This document shows positions 9,350-18,456 of a stretch of DNA of 64,000 nucleotides, in pieces. The first letter of the stretch is position 1. Every line of letters starts with the position of its first letter. A model generated the notes under the pieces. It did not search any database. It had not been told where the DNA came from and saw only the letters and a program-made list of their open reading frames with translations. Both the position numbers and the translations under genes were made by a program. This DNA comes from Nostoc sp. DedSLP01. GTDB taxonomy: Bacteria > Cyanobacteriota > Cyanobacteriia > Cyanobacteriales > Nostocaceae. The DNA lies in the NCBI GenBank assembly GCA_034530875.2, contig JAVRCJ020000027.1:32001-96000 (forward strand), written 5' to 3'.

Positions 9350-11572
9350 ATGTTGAAGGTTTTTGCAGACAGAGGTGGGACATTTACAGATATTGTTGCT
9401 GTTACTAATAACGAAGGAATTATAGATAGACTATCAGAACATCCCGAACGTTTTTTAATTGTTCCTCTGCCTAATCAGCAATGGATTATAGTTTATAAAT
9501 TACTTTCAGAAAATCCCGAACAATATCAAGATGCAGCTATTCAAGGTATTCGGGATATTATGGGTATTTCTAGTAAGGAACCTATTCCTAGTGAAGCAAT
9601 AGAAGTAATAAAAATGGGGACAACAATAGCAACAAATGCGCTATTGGAAAGAAAAGGTGACAAGGTTGTACTTGTGATTACCAAAGGTTTTAAAGATGCG
9701 CTAAGAATTGGCTACCAAAATCGTCCTAACATCTTTGCTCGTCAAATTATTTTACCAACCATGCTTTACGAACAGGTAATAGAAGTAGATGAACGGTATG
9801 ATGCGAAAGGAAATGAATTAATTGCTGTAAATATCGAACAAGTAAAAAGCGATTTACAAAAAGTTTACCATACAGGAATTCGCAGTTGTGCCATTGTTTT
9901 GATGCACAGCGATCGCTATCCAAAACACGAACAACAAGTAGCAAAAATTGCCCAAGAAATTGGCTTTACTCAAATATCTGTATCTCATCAAGTTAGTCCC
10001 TTAATGAAATTAGTCAGCCGGGGAGATACAACAGTAGTCGATGCTTATTTAACTCCGATTTTACGTCGCTACGTCAACCAAGTAGCGAGTCAATTAAGAA
10101 TGGGGAATAGGAAATGGGGAATAGGGAATGGTGAAGAGGATACAAGGGAAATTGTAGACAACGAAAAAGACTTGTTAGAAATTGCCTCTTCATCTGTTTC
10201 ACCCTACTCGCCACTCCCCACTCCCCACTCCCCCATAAAATTAATGTTTATGAAATCTGACGGTGGTTTAATTGCAGCCGAACAATTTCAAGGAAAAGAT
10301 AGTATTTTAAGCGGCCCGGCTGGGGGTATTGTTGGCGCAGTTCAAACTAGTAAAAGAGCAGGTTTTGAGTTTGTAATTACCTTTGATATGGGAGGAACTA
10401 GTACAGATGTTGCTCATTTTAAAGGAGAGTACGAACGACAATTAGAATCAGAAATTGCTGGCGCACGGATGCGAGTTCCTGTATTAGCAATTAATACAAT
10501 TGCGGCTGGCGGTGGTTCAATTCTATTTTTTGATGGTTCGAGTTATCGTGTCGGCCCGGAATCTGCTGGTTCAATTCCGGGGCCTGCTTGTTATCGTCGT
10601 GGCGGGCCATTAGCGGTTACTGATGCTAATGTGATGTTAGGTAAAATTCACCCGCAATATTTTCCTTCAGTCTTTGGAATTGATGGGAATTTACCTTTAG
10701 ATAAAGATATTGCGATCGAGAAATTTACACAATTAGCCCAAGAGATTGCAGCTGCTACAGGAAATCATTCTACACCAGAACAAGTAGCGGCTGGATTTAT
10801 GGCGATCGCAGTGGAAAATATGGCAAACGCAATTAAAAAAATCAGCTTGCAACGAGGTTATGATGTCACCAAATACGTGCTGTGTTGTTTTGGCGGTGCA
10901 GGCGGGCAAGTTGCTTGTTTAATTGCTGATACTTTAGGTATGAAAAAGATATTTCTTCATCCTTATGCTGGAGTTCTCTCGGCTTATGGAATGGGATTAG
11001 CTGATGTTCGGGCAATTAGAGAAGGAGGAGTAGAACAACCCTTAAATCAAATATTAATTTCTCAATTACAACGCTTAATAGAATCTTTAGAAATGCAAGC
11101 TAGAAGTGAAATCAAAGAAGCAGGTAGTCAAGTAGAATTAATCCGGAAAGCTAACTTAAAATATGAGGGTACTAACTCTATTTTGACAGTAAATTTGGCA
11201 GATGAAGTGGCAGCAATGCGACAAGAATTTGAAACCGAACATAAATCTCGCTATGGTTTCATTCAATTAGAGAAAACTTTAATTGTCGAATCTATTTCTG
11301 TGGAAGTAATTCAGAAGATGGATACGCCCGAAGAACCTTTAATTACTCGTACCCGTTCTATTAATGAAGCCCCCAAACCTGTTGAAACAGTCAAAATGTT
11401 TACTGTTGACAAATGGCATAATACGCCTGTTTATCGGCGCGAAGATTTACAACCAGAAGATAGAATTACTGGAACTGCAATTATTGTGGAAAAAATTAGC
11501 ACGATTGTAGTTGAACCTAATTGGCAAGCAGTATTAACTGAACGCAATCATTTAATTTTATCTAGAAAGTAA
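9350..11572 (+). CDS. hydantoinase A / 5-oxoprolinase N-terminal subunit
   Basis: DRGGTFTD, MGTTIATNALLERKG, SGPAGG, FDMGGTSTDV, AAGGGS, FGGAGGQ. Confidence 0.93.
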   Translation: MLKVFADRGGTFTDIVAVTNNEGIIDRLSEHPERFLIVPLPNQQWIIVYKLLSENPEQYQDAAIQGIRDIMGISSKEPIPSEAIEVIKMGTTIATNALLERKGDKVVLVITKGFKDALRIGYQNRPNIFARQIILPTMLYEQVIEVDERYDAKGNELIAVNIEQVKSDLQKVYHTGIRSCAIVLMHSDRYPKHEQQVAKIAQEIGFTQISVSHQVSPLMKLVSRGDTTVVDAYLTPILRRYVNQVASQLRMGNRKWGIGNGEEDTREIVDNEKDLLEIASSSVSPYSPLPTPHSPIKLMFMKSDGGLIAAEQFQGKDSILSGPAGGIVGAVQTSKRAGFEFVITFDMGGTSTDVAHFKGEYERQLESEIAGARMRVPVLAINTIAAGGGSILFFDGSSYRVGPESAGSIPGPACYRRGGPLAVTDANVMLGKIHPQYFPSVFGIDGNLPLDKDIAIEKFTQLAQEIAAATGNHSTPEQVAAGFMAIAVENMANAIKKISLQRGYDVTKYVLCCFGGAGGQVACLIADTLGMKKIFLHPYAGVLSAYGMGLADVRAIREGGVEQPLNQILISQLQRLIESLEMQARSEIKEAGSQVELIRKANLKYEGTNSILTVNLADEVAAMRQEFETEHKSRYGFIQLEKTLIVESISVEVIQKMDTPEEPLITRTRSINEAPKPVETVKMFTVDKWHNTPVYRREDLQPEDRITGTAIIVEKISTIVVEPNWQAVLTERNHLILSRK

Positions 11573-11698
11573 AGAATAAGGGCTGCAAGTCAATCTTAAA
11601 TAGGAATGATGCTATACTGCGATAAATTAGCGTTTCAAAATTTTTGTATACATCCTCATAGCAAAAGTTGGTCAAATATTGATATTTATGAGTAGTAT

Positions 11699-12526
11699 AT
11701 GAATGATAAACCGTACATTCCCATTCCTCCAGAACTAGAACCTTATCGGGACAGAATTGAAGCGACGATACGGCCTTTTATTGAAATCAGAATTGAAAAT
11801 AATGACCGGGTAGATTGGTGGCAAATTAAATTTGGTGGTTTGCCTTATTTACCAAAAGGTTTTGATTATCCAAAAAGTTCCGAAGGTGAATATTTATTTT
11901 TTATTGCACAGATTAATTTTGCCGAAGTACCTCTATTGGAAGGTTTTCCAAATCAGGGTATTGTGCAGTTTTATATCAGTTATGAATTCCCGTATGGTTT
12001 GAACTATGACAATCAAACAGACCAATCTGGATTTAGAGTTTTATATTTTAAAGAACCAGACTTGAATGTAGAAAATATAATCACAAACTTTGATTTTTTG
12101 CCTAAAAGAGAAACAAATCTTATTGATGGCTGTTGTAGTTTAAATTTTACTCAAAAATATGCACCAATAAGTGAGAGTGGGATCAATGAAATTGTTGGGG
12201 ATAATTATTTTGACCTATTAAATACGAATGAAGGAATATTGGACGAGTATATAAATCTATCATATTCTTGGCGTAGTAAGATAGGTGGTTATCCAGATTC
12301 TATTAGAACAGAATTAATTTATACTGTTCATCTGGAAGAAAAAACGACAGAATTTTTGCGAGATGCAATTGAGCAAGACCCAGAAATTCTTTTGTCTCAG
12401 ATGGTTAGGGAATCTAATGATGTGTTAAGTATTAACTGGATAGCCGATGTATGTAATTTTCAAATTTTAAAACACAACCTTAGAAAATTAGACTTTAGCG
12501 ATATTATCTATGACTGGGAATGTTAA
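11699..12526 (+). CDS. YwqG/DUF1963-like protein
   Basis: KFGGLPYLP, FIAQINFAEVP, GIVQFYI, KIGGYP, LDFSDIIYDWEC. Confidence 0.8.
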   Translation: MNDKPYIPIPPELEPYRDRIEATIRPFIEIRIENNDRVDWWQIKFGGLPYLPKGFDYPKSSEGEYLFFIAQINFAEVPLLEGFPNQGIVQFYISYEFPYGLNYDNQTDQSGFRVLYFKEPDLNVENIITNFDFLPKRETNLIDGCCSLNFTQKYAPISESGINEIVGDNYFDLLNTNEGILDEYINLSYSWRSKIGGYPDSIRTELIYTVHLEEKTTEFLRDAIEQDPEILLSQMVRESNDVLSINWIADVCNFQILKHNLRKLDFSDIIYDWEC

Positions 12527-12650
12527 AAATATAAAGAATGTATGCTAATATCGATCGCAAGAAAGTTGATGTCTGCGGTAAAGTTTCCGCAATATTTCAT
12601 GCTAATTCAAGTTTTGTATGTAGAGAGCCAAGTAGCTCTGCTCAAGGAGG

Positions 12651-13466
12651 ATGGCTGGTGTTAATAGTTCCAGCCAGGAACGGTTAGACGTTGAGGCTAC
12701 GCTAACCGAAATTAAAAGGCTCCAATTTGACCGCGCACATCGTGACGCCTCTGGATTGTTTTACATTGAGGGTGTGCGTAACTTTGTAAAGGTAATTGAC
12801 AACGGTTTTGATATTTCGGCGATCGCATTTAGTGAGAAACTGCTAACAGCACCTCTAGCAAGGAAGTTAGTTAGGCAATCTCGGCGTTCTGGTATTCCTT
12901 GCATCAGCCTTACACCGGAACAGTTTCGGCATGTTTCTCAAAGCGAACGCGCTTCTGGAGTTGGTGCAATAGTTCGTCAGCGTTGGTTCAAGCTACGCGA
13001 TATCTCGCCGCAACCTGGTTTGTGCTGGGTGGTTCTTGAAACCGTTCGTTCCCCAGGAAACCTCGGAACCTTGATTCGCACATCCGAAGCAGTTGGCGGT
13101 GCTGGGTTTATCTTCATCAAAAATAGTGTAGATCCTTTTGTTCCTGATGTTGTTCGCGCATCTATGGGTTCGCTCTTTAATCAGAAGTTTGTACGAACAA
13201 GCTACTCTGCACTCCGCCATTGGGTACGCAACCATCGGTGTCCTGTTATTGGTGCTTCACCAGATGGGATGGCTGAATTTCATCAGTTTAATTACCCGAA
13301 TTCTACTCTTCTTTTCCTGGGTGAAGAGCGCCAAGGTCTAACCCCAGAACAGCGAGACTTATGCCAGCACCTCGTTCGGATTCCGATGGTAGGTGCGGTT
13401 GACTCCCTAAATCTTGCTGTAGCAGGTAGCCTCTTAATGTATGAGGTTTATAGGTCGAGAACATGA
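12651..13466 (+). CDS. TrmH/SpoU family RNA methyltransferase
   Basis: RSPGNLGTLIRT, RASMGS, LGEERQGL, IPMVGAVDSLNLAVA; AAGGAGG SD. Confidence 0.92.
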   Translation: MAGVNSSSQERLDVEATLTEIKRLQFDRAHRDASGLFYIEGVRNFVKVIDNGFDISAIAFSEKLLTAPLARKLVRQSRRSGIPCISLTPEQFRHVSQSERASGVGAIVRQRWFKLRDISPQPGLCWVVLETVRSPGNLGTLIRTSEAVGGAGFIFIKNSVDPFVPDVVRASMGSLFNQKFVRTSYSALRHWVRNHRCPVIGASPDGMAEFHQFNYPNSTLLFLGEERQGLTPEQRDLCQHLVRIPMVGAVDSLNLAVAGSLLMYEVYRSRT

Positions 13467-13552
13467 TATGTGGAGTGACACCCAACATTAATCAATTTTT
13501 TTTGTTGGGTTCCACTTTCTTTAACGCAACTGACATCAGCAAATGTTAAGTA

Positions 13553-13614
13553 ATTCATTGAATTTAAACAAACAGGAATCAAAAATGCACGCAATATCTC
13601 AACCGTACTCATGA
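13553..13614 (+). pseudogene. duplicated remnant of the oxoprolinase B leader and first codons (MHAISQPYS*)
   Basis: ATTCATTGAATTTAAACAAACA..AATCAAAAATG.ACGCAA.ATCTCAA matches 14635-14683. Confidence 0.8.
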
Positions 13615-13725
13615 AGTGGCATTTCGAGCAATGGTATTTTTACTGGCATAATAATTTGAATAAAGAACATCTTACTTTATAATTATTAATGACAATTCAC
13701 TGTAAAAAACCTAAACACAAATTAA

Positions 13726-14052
13726 ATGTCACCTTACCTTTATCCGGTCATTGAAACCAGAGAAATAGAAACTGAATTCAGAGAATTAGCGGAACAATGG
13801 CGACGTGAAACAGGAATGCTTTCTGTCATTTCAAAAATATCAATGCATCCTGCTTATCAAAGAATAATTGGGATGGGACAACCTGTTGTTCCTTTAATTA
13901 TGCGCGAACTTGAGCGCGAACCAGACCATTGGTTTTGGGCTTTAAATGCAATTACACGAGCGAACCCTGTCAAACCCGAACAGCGTGGTAGACTTCAGCA
14001 AATGGCTCAAGCTTGGATTGAATGGGGGAAAGCAAATGGATACAGATGGTAA
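13726..14052 (+). CDS. hypothetical protein, first gene of a coupled pair
   Basis: MHPAYQRIIGMG, EPDHWFWAL; overlaps the downstream ATG at 14036. Confidence 0.8.
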   Translation: MSPYLYPVIETREIETEFRELAEQWRRETGMLSVISKISMHPAYQRIIGMGQPVVPLIMRELEREPDHWFWALNAITRANPVKPEQRGRLQQMAQAWIEWGKANGYRW

Positions 14053-14506
14053 GTTAGAAATTTATAAAGAAAATAAATTTCCTAACTTATCGCGCACGGA
14101 GTATTCTGTAACCAGCAAGCAAAGTACATTATATAATTGTTTTGCTTGGGCTGCGGGTGAAGACAATCGCTGGTGGAGTCCAATAGACCCAGATAATACA
14201 TATTACTGGGTAGAAGGTATAACACCAGAATTAACTATGTCAGCTTTTATTCAAGCATACGAAAGCTTAGGGTATGAACTTTGCAATAATTCCGATCTGG
14301 AAGCAGGTTTTGAAAAGATAGCAATTTACGCTACTTCTGACGGCGAACCAACTCATGCCGCTAGACAATTACTTAATGGAAAATGGACAAGTAAACTTGG
14401 ACGTTGGGAAGATATCGAGCATGAGCTTGAAGGTTTGATAGGTGAAATGTATGGTGATGTAAAACAAATTTTAAAACGTCCAAGTTCTGAAGTGGCTCAA
14501 AGTTAA
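14036..14506 (+). CDS. hypothetical protein with YNCFAWA...THAARQ...WTSKLG motifs (putative Cys/His enzyme)
   Basis: ORF track 13946..14506; in-frame ATG at 14036 overlapping the upstream stop is the likelier start. Confidence 0.75.
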   Translation: MDTDGKLEIYKENKFPNLSRTEYSVTSKQSTLYNCFAWAAGEDNRWWSPIDPDNTYYWVEGITPELTMSAFIQAYESLGYELCNNSDLEAGFEKIAIYATSDGEPTHAARQLLNGKWTSKLGRWEDIEHELEGLIGEMYGDVKQILKRPSSEVAQS

Positions 14507-14665
14507 TGTAAATAAAAAGATATTCAAAACCACGTTATCTATAATTAAAGACAAGATGGAGAAAACTTTCTCTTCCTTGCCTCATAATAACTATTCCATG
14601 ACTACAATAAGCTTAGATATTTAGCTATAACAATATTCATTGAATTTAAACAAACATAATCAAAA

Positions 14666-16381
14666 ATGTACGCAACATCTCAAGCCGACCCCGTTCGTTT
14701 AGAAATCTTCAAAAACCTCTATCAATTTATTGCCGAACAAATGGGTATTGTTCTGCAAAATACAGCAACATCTGTGAATATCAAAGAAAGACTAGATTTC
14801 TCCTGCGCTATCTTTGATTCTTCTGGATTATTAGTAGCAAATGCCCCCCACATTCCCGTACATTTAGGTTCAATGAGTGAGAGCGTTCGCAGTTTAATTA
14901 ACGATAAAGGCGACATCATAAAACCAGGAAATGTCTATTTATCTAATAACCCATACAACGGCGGTACACATCTCCCCGATGTAACTGCAATTACTCCTGT
15001 ATTTTTGGAAAGTCGGGAGATGGGGAGATGGAGAGATGGAAAAGATGAGGAGATTACCAATGCCCCATCCCCAATGCCCCATGCCCAATGCCCAATTCCC
15101 ATCTTTTTCGTTGCTTCTCGCGGACACCAAGCTGATATCGGCGGAATTACTCCCGGTTCTATGCCTCCCCACAGTACTACAGTAGAAGAAGAAGGAATTC
15201 TTTTTGATAATTTTTTCTTAGTTGAAGAGAGAAATTTTCGAGAAACCGCAGTCAGAGAACACCTGGCAAATCATACTTATCCTGCTCGAAATCCTGACCA
15301 AAATCTAGCTGATTTTAAAGCTCAAATTGCCGCTAATGAAAGGGGGCTTCAAGAACTGCGGAAAATGGTTTCGCAATACGGACTTGATACTGTGCAAGCT
15401 TATATGAAATTCGTGCAAGCTAATGCTGAGGAGGCAGTGAGAAGGGCGATCGCAGTTCTCAATGATGGTTCATTTATTTATAAAATGGACAATGGCGCAC
15501 AAATTCAAGTAAAAGTTACTATACACCCAGAAAATCGCAGTGCTACTATTGATTTTACTGGAACTTCTGAGCAATTAAATAGTAATTTCAACGCTCCCAA
15601 AGCTGTAACTCAAGCAGCAGTTTTATATGTATTCCGGACTTTAGTTGATGATAATATTCCTCTCAATGCTGGGTGTCTTAATCCTTTAGAAATTATTATT
15701 CCAGTGGGCTGTATGCTAAATCCTATTTATCCAGCAGCGGTAGTAGCAGGTAATGTAGAAACTTCTCAAACTATTGTCGATGCTTTATATGGTGCCTTGG
15801 GTGTGATGGCTGCTTCTCAAGGAACGATGAATAATTTCACTTTTGGTAATGAAAAATATCAATATTATGAAACTATTTGTGGCGGTTCTGGAGCAGGAAT
15901 TAATTTTCATGGAACTGATGCCGTTCATTCCCACATGACTAACTCGCGGTTGACCGATCCAGAAGTTTTAGAAACGCGTTATCCTGTACTTTTAGAAAGT
16001 TTTAGTATTCGTGATGATAGTGGTGGAAAAGGTGAATATTCTGGTGGGAATGGAGTTGTTCGTCGCATCCGGTTTTTAGAACCGATGACAGCGAATATTC
16101 TGTCTGGACATCGACAGGTTCCTCCTTTTGGGTTGAATGGGGGGGAAGCGGGGAAAGTTGGACGCAATTGGATACGGCGTCAAAATGGAAGTGAAGAAAG
16201 TTTGGATAGTACTGGAACGGTGGAAATGAATGTTGGGGATGTGTTTGTAATAGAAACTCCTGGGGGGGGTGGATTTGGTCACGCACAGACGCAGCGAAAA
16301 GTTGGAGCGCCGGAAACCGGCGATCTGAACTTTTCAAGACAGAGGCGCAGAGAGGAAGAGGAGTTAGGCGGTTGCGCTTAA
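14666..16381 (+). CDS. hydantoinase B / 5-oxoprolinase C-terminal subunit, C-terminus extended by a repeat
   Basis: SVNIKERLDFSCA, PHIPVHLGSM, GGTHLPD, GNVETSQ, QGTMNN, TPGGGGFG. Confidence 0.93.
   Translation: MYATSQADPVRLEIFKNLYQFIAEQMGIVLQNTATSVNIKERLDFSCAIFDSSGLLVANAPHIPVHLGSMSESVRSLINDKGDIIKPGNVYLSNNPYNGGTHLPDVTAITPVFLESREMGRWRDGKDEEITNAPSPMPHAQCPIPIFFVASRGHQADIGGITPGSMPPHSTTVEEEGILFDNFFLVEERNFRETAVREHLANHTYPARNPDQNLADFKAQIAANERGLQELRKMVSQYGLDTVQAYMKFVQANAEEAVRRAIAVLNDGSFIYKMDNGAQIQVKVTIHPENRSATIDFTGTSEQLNSNFNAPKAVTQAAVLYVFRTLVDDNIPLNAGCLNPLEIIIPVGCMLNPIYPAAVVAGNVETSQTIVDALYGALGVMAASQGTMNNFTFGNEKYQYYETICGGSGAGINFHGTDAVHSHMTNSRLTDPEVLETRYPVLLESFSIRDDSGGKGEYSGGNGVVRRIRFLEPMTANILSGHRQVPPFGLNGGEAGKVGRNWIRRQNGSEESLDSTGTVEMNVGDVFVIETPGGGGFGHAQTQRKVGAPETGDLNFSRQRRREEEELGGCA
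16280..16354 (+). repeat. 75-bp hairpin element, copy 1
   Basis: 71/75 identical to the reverse complement of 18372-18446; GAAAAGTT-GGAGCGCCGG-AAA-CCGGCG..-AACTTTTC stem. Confidence 0.9.
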
Positions 16382-17068
16382 AACTGCGTTGTTGGTTAAT
16401 TTGCCATCTTCCATTTTGACGATGCGATCGGCAACATCTAGAATACGATTGTCGTGGGTGACTAGTAGAATGGTGCAGCCTTGTTCTTTGGCTAATGTCT
16501 GCATTAGAGTGACTACATCTCTACCTGATTTACTATCTAGGGCAGCTGTTGGTTCGTCTGCTAGTACGATTTTAGGATGGTTGACTAAGGCACGAGCGAT
16601 CGCAACTCTTTGCTTCTGTCCTCCAGATAAGTCATCAGGATAATAGTTGAGGCGATTCCCTAAGCCAACGTGTTCTAACATTTGAGCAGAACGCTCTTGC
16701 ATCTCTTTTAATGATAGATGGTTGTGTAGTTCTAAGCCCATTTTGACGTTTTGTAAAGCAGTTAAACTGTTATGCAAATTATGTGCTTGAAATATATAAC
16801 CGTTATTTCGTCGCGCTAAGGTTAATTGTTCTGCACTCGCACCACATAGTTCTCTATCTAAGACTTTCAAGCTACCAGATTGAGCAGAACGCAATCCACC
16901 AATCAAGGTCAATAACGTCGTTTTACCAGAACCAGAAGGCCCGGTCATAATCACAATTTCACCAGAGTTTATTTCTAGGTTAATATCAAATAAAACTTGT
17001 TTCCTTAATTGCCCGTGACCAAAGTAATGATTCAGATTATTGATAGAAATAACTGGTTTATTATTCAT
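16364..17068 (-). CDS. DevA-family ABC transporter ATP-binding protein
   Basis: GPSGSGKT, LSGGQKQR, LADEPT, VTHD; start 17068 or 17086. Confidence 0.93.
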   Translation of the reverse strand: MNNKPVISINNLNHYFGHGQLRKQVLFDINLEINSGEIVIMTGPSGSGKTTLLTLIGGLRSAQSGSLKVLDRELCGASAEQLTLARRNNGYIFQAHNLHNSLTALQNVKMGLELHNHLSLKEMQERSAQMLEHVGLGNRLNYYPDDLSGGQKQRVAIARALVNHPKIVLADEPTAALDSKSGRDVVTLMQTLAKEQGCTILLVTHDNRILDVADRIVKMEDGKLTNNAVLSATA

Positions 17069-17123
17069 ACAATTCCCCTTTATCATTCGCTAATGACTAA
17101 TGACCAATGACTAATGACTAAAT

Positions 17124-18299
17124 TTAAAACATATCCGCAGGGTCAGCAGATTGAAGTTTGCGAGTGGCGATCGCTCCAGAAATTCCACACATAAGAATTG
17201 TTAAAACCAGAACGAGTATTGCTCGTGATAATGTCATTAAAATAGGTAATGCAGTTGCTTTTGCTGCCAAATTATAAAGCCCAATTGGTAAAATTAAGCC
17301 AGGAATAAAGCCAACAAAAGCCAGGATAATTGCTTCTTCAAAAACTACCGCAAGTAGGTATTGATTGCGGTATCCCATTGCTTTGAAAGTTGCATATTCT
17401 TTGAGGTGAGTATTAACATCAGTTGAAAGTACCTGATAAACAATGACAACACCCACTACAAATGCCATTGCTGTCCCTAATCCAAAAATGAACCCAATGG
17501 GGCTTTCTTTTTGCCAGTAACTCTGCTCAAATTCAATATATTCTTGTTTAGTTAGTACTCTCACATCATTGGGCAAATGTGAGTCTAATGCAGTAGCAAC
17601 TTGCTTTGCATCGTAACCTGGTTGGAGTGTAATTAATCCCAGGTTGATGCTAGCAGCTTCTCGCCGAGGAAAGAAATGTAAAAAAGTTTGGTCGCTACCA
17701 ATTAAAATCCCATCCGCGCCAAAAGATGCTCCTAATGTAAATAATCCAGTGATGGTAACGGTACGGCGCTCAATTTCAGTGCTGACAATTTTGCCTTCTT
17801 CAACTTGAGCGATCGCATCTTTATAACTTCCTCTAGAATTGCGATCGAATAACACCCGATCTGGCAACTTAATTTTGTTTAATTGCTGATTTACTTCTGG
17901 CAAATTCAAAGCTGGTTGTTCCGGTTCAAATCCAATCACTTGCATAGATGTATCTTTGCGAGTTTCTGGATGTTTCCAAGTAATAGTATTGGAATAAAAA
18001 GCCTGTGCTAATTTCACTCCCGGAATATCCTTTGCTTGATACAAACGTCGCCGTGAGAACGTACCTAAATTCTGCGTATTCCGCGCTTGGGGACTGACTA
18101 ACACAATATCTGCATTCAAAGTGCGACTCAGCTTTGTGTTGCTATCGTACAATGCACTTTGAAACCCAAGCTGCATAAACATAAGCACATCAGCAAAAGC
18201 AATCCCTGATAATGCTACTAAAAGACGCCCTTTTTCTTTATTCAGTTGCAGCCATCCGAGTGGCGTTCGCCGTTGAATTTGTTGAATAAATGCAATCAT
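17124..18299 (-). CDS. DevC-family ABC exporter permease
   Basis: PLGWLQL..EKGRLLVALSGIAFADVLMFMQLGF; KLQSADPADMF end. Confidence 0.93.
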   Translation of the reverse strand: MIAFIQQIQRRTPLGWLQLNKEKGRLLVALSGIAFADVLMFMQLGFQSALYDSNTKLSRTLNADIVLVSPQARNTQNLGTFSRRRLYQAKDIPGVKLAQAFYSNTITWKHPETRKDTSMQVIGFEPEQPALNLPEVNQQLNKIKLPDRVLFDRNSRGSYKDAIAQVEEGKIVSTEIERRTVTITGLFTLGASFGADGILIGSDQTFLHFFPRREAASINLGLITLQPGYDAKQVATALDSHLPNDVRVLTKQEYIEFEQSYWQKESPIGFIFGLGTAMAFVVGVVIVYQVLSTDVNTHLKEYATFKAMGYRNQYLLAVVFEEAIILAFVGFIPGLILPIGLYNLAAKATALPILMTLSRAILVLVLTILMCGISGAIATRKLQSADPADMF

Positions 18300-18371
18300 A
18301 ATAATTCGTAATTCGTAATTACGGCATTGCTGAATTTATGAACTTCAAAAATAAACTCTTCTCAACTCTTA

Positions 18372-18446
18372 CTCTTTGCGCCTCTGTCTTGAAAAGTTCA
18401 GAGCGCCGGTTTCCGGCGCTCCGACTTTTCGCTGCGTCTCTGCGTG
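18372..18446 (-). repeat. 75-bp hairpin element, copy 2 (inverted)
   Basis: see copy 1. Confidence 0.9.
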
Positions 18447-18456
18447 AAAAAACCTA

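Noticed and set aside
13946..14035. Upstream start for the Cys/His protein
   Set aside because: Would overlap the previous gene by 107 nt; ATG 14036 gives a typical short coupling overlap
18421..18430. CCGACTTTTC as an extra site of the CCRACT array
   Set aside because: Single hexamer inside an unrelated hairpin element and lacking the phased array
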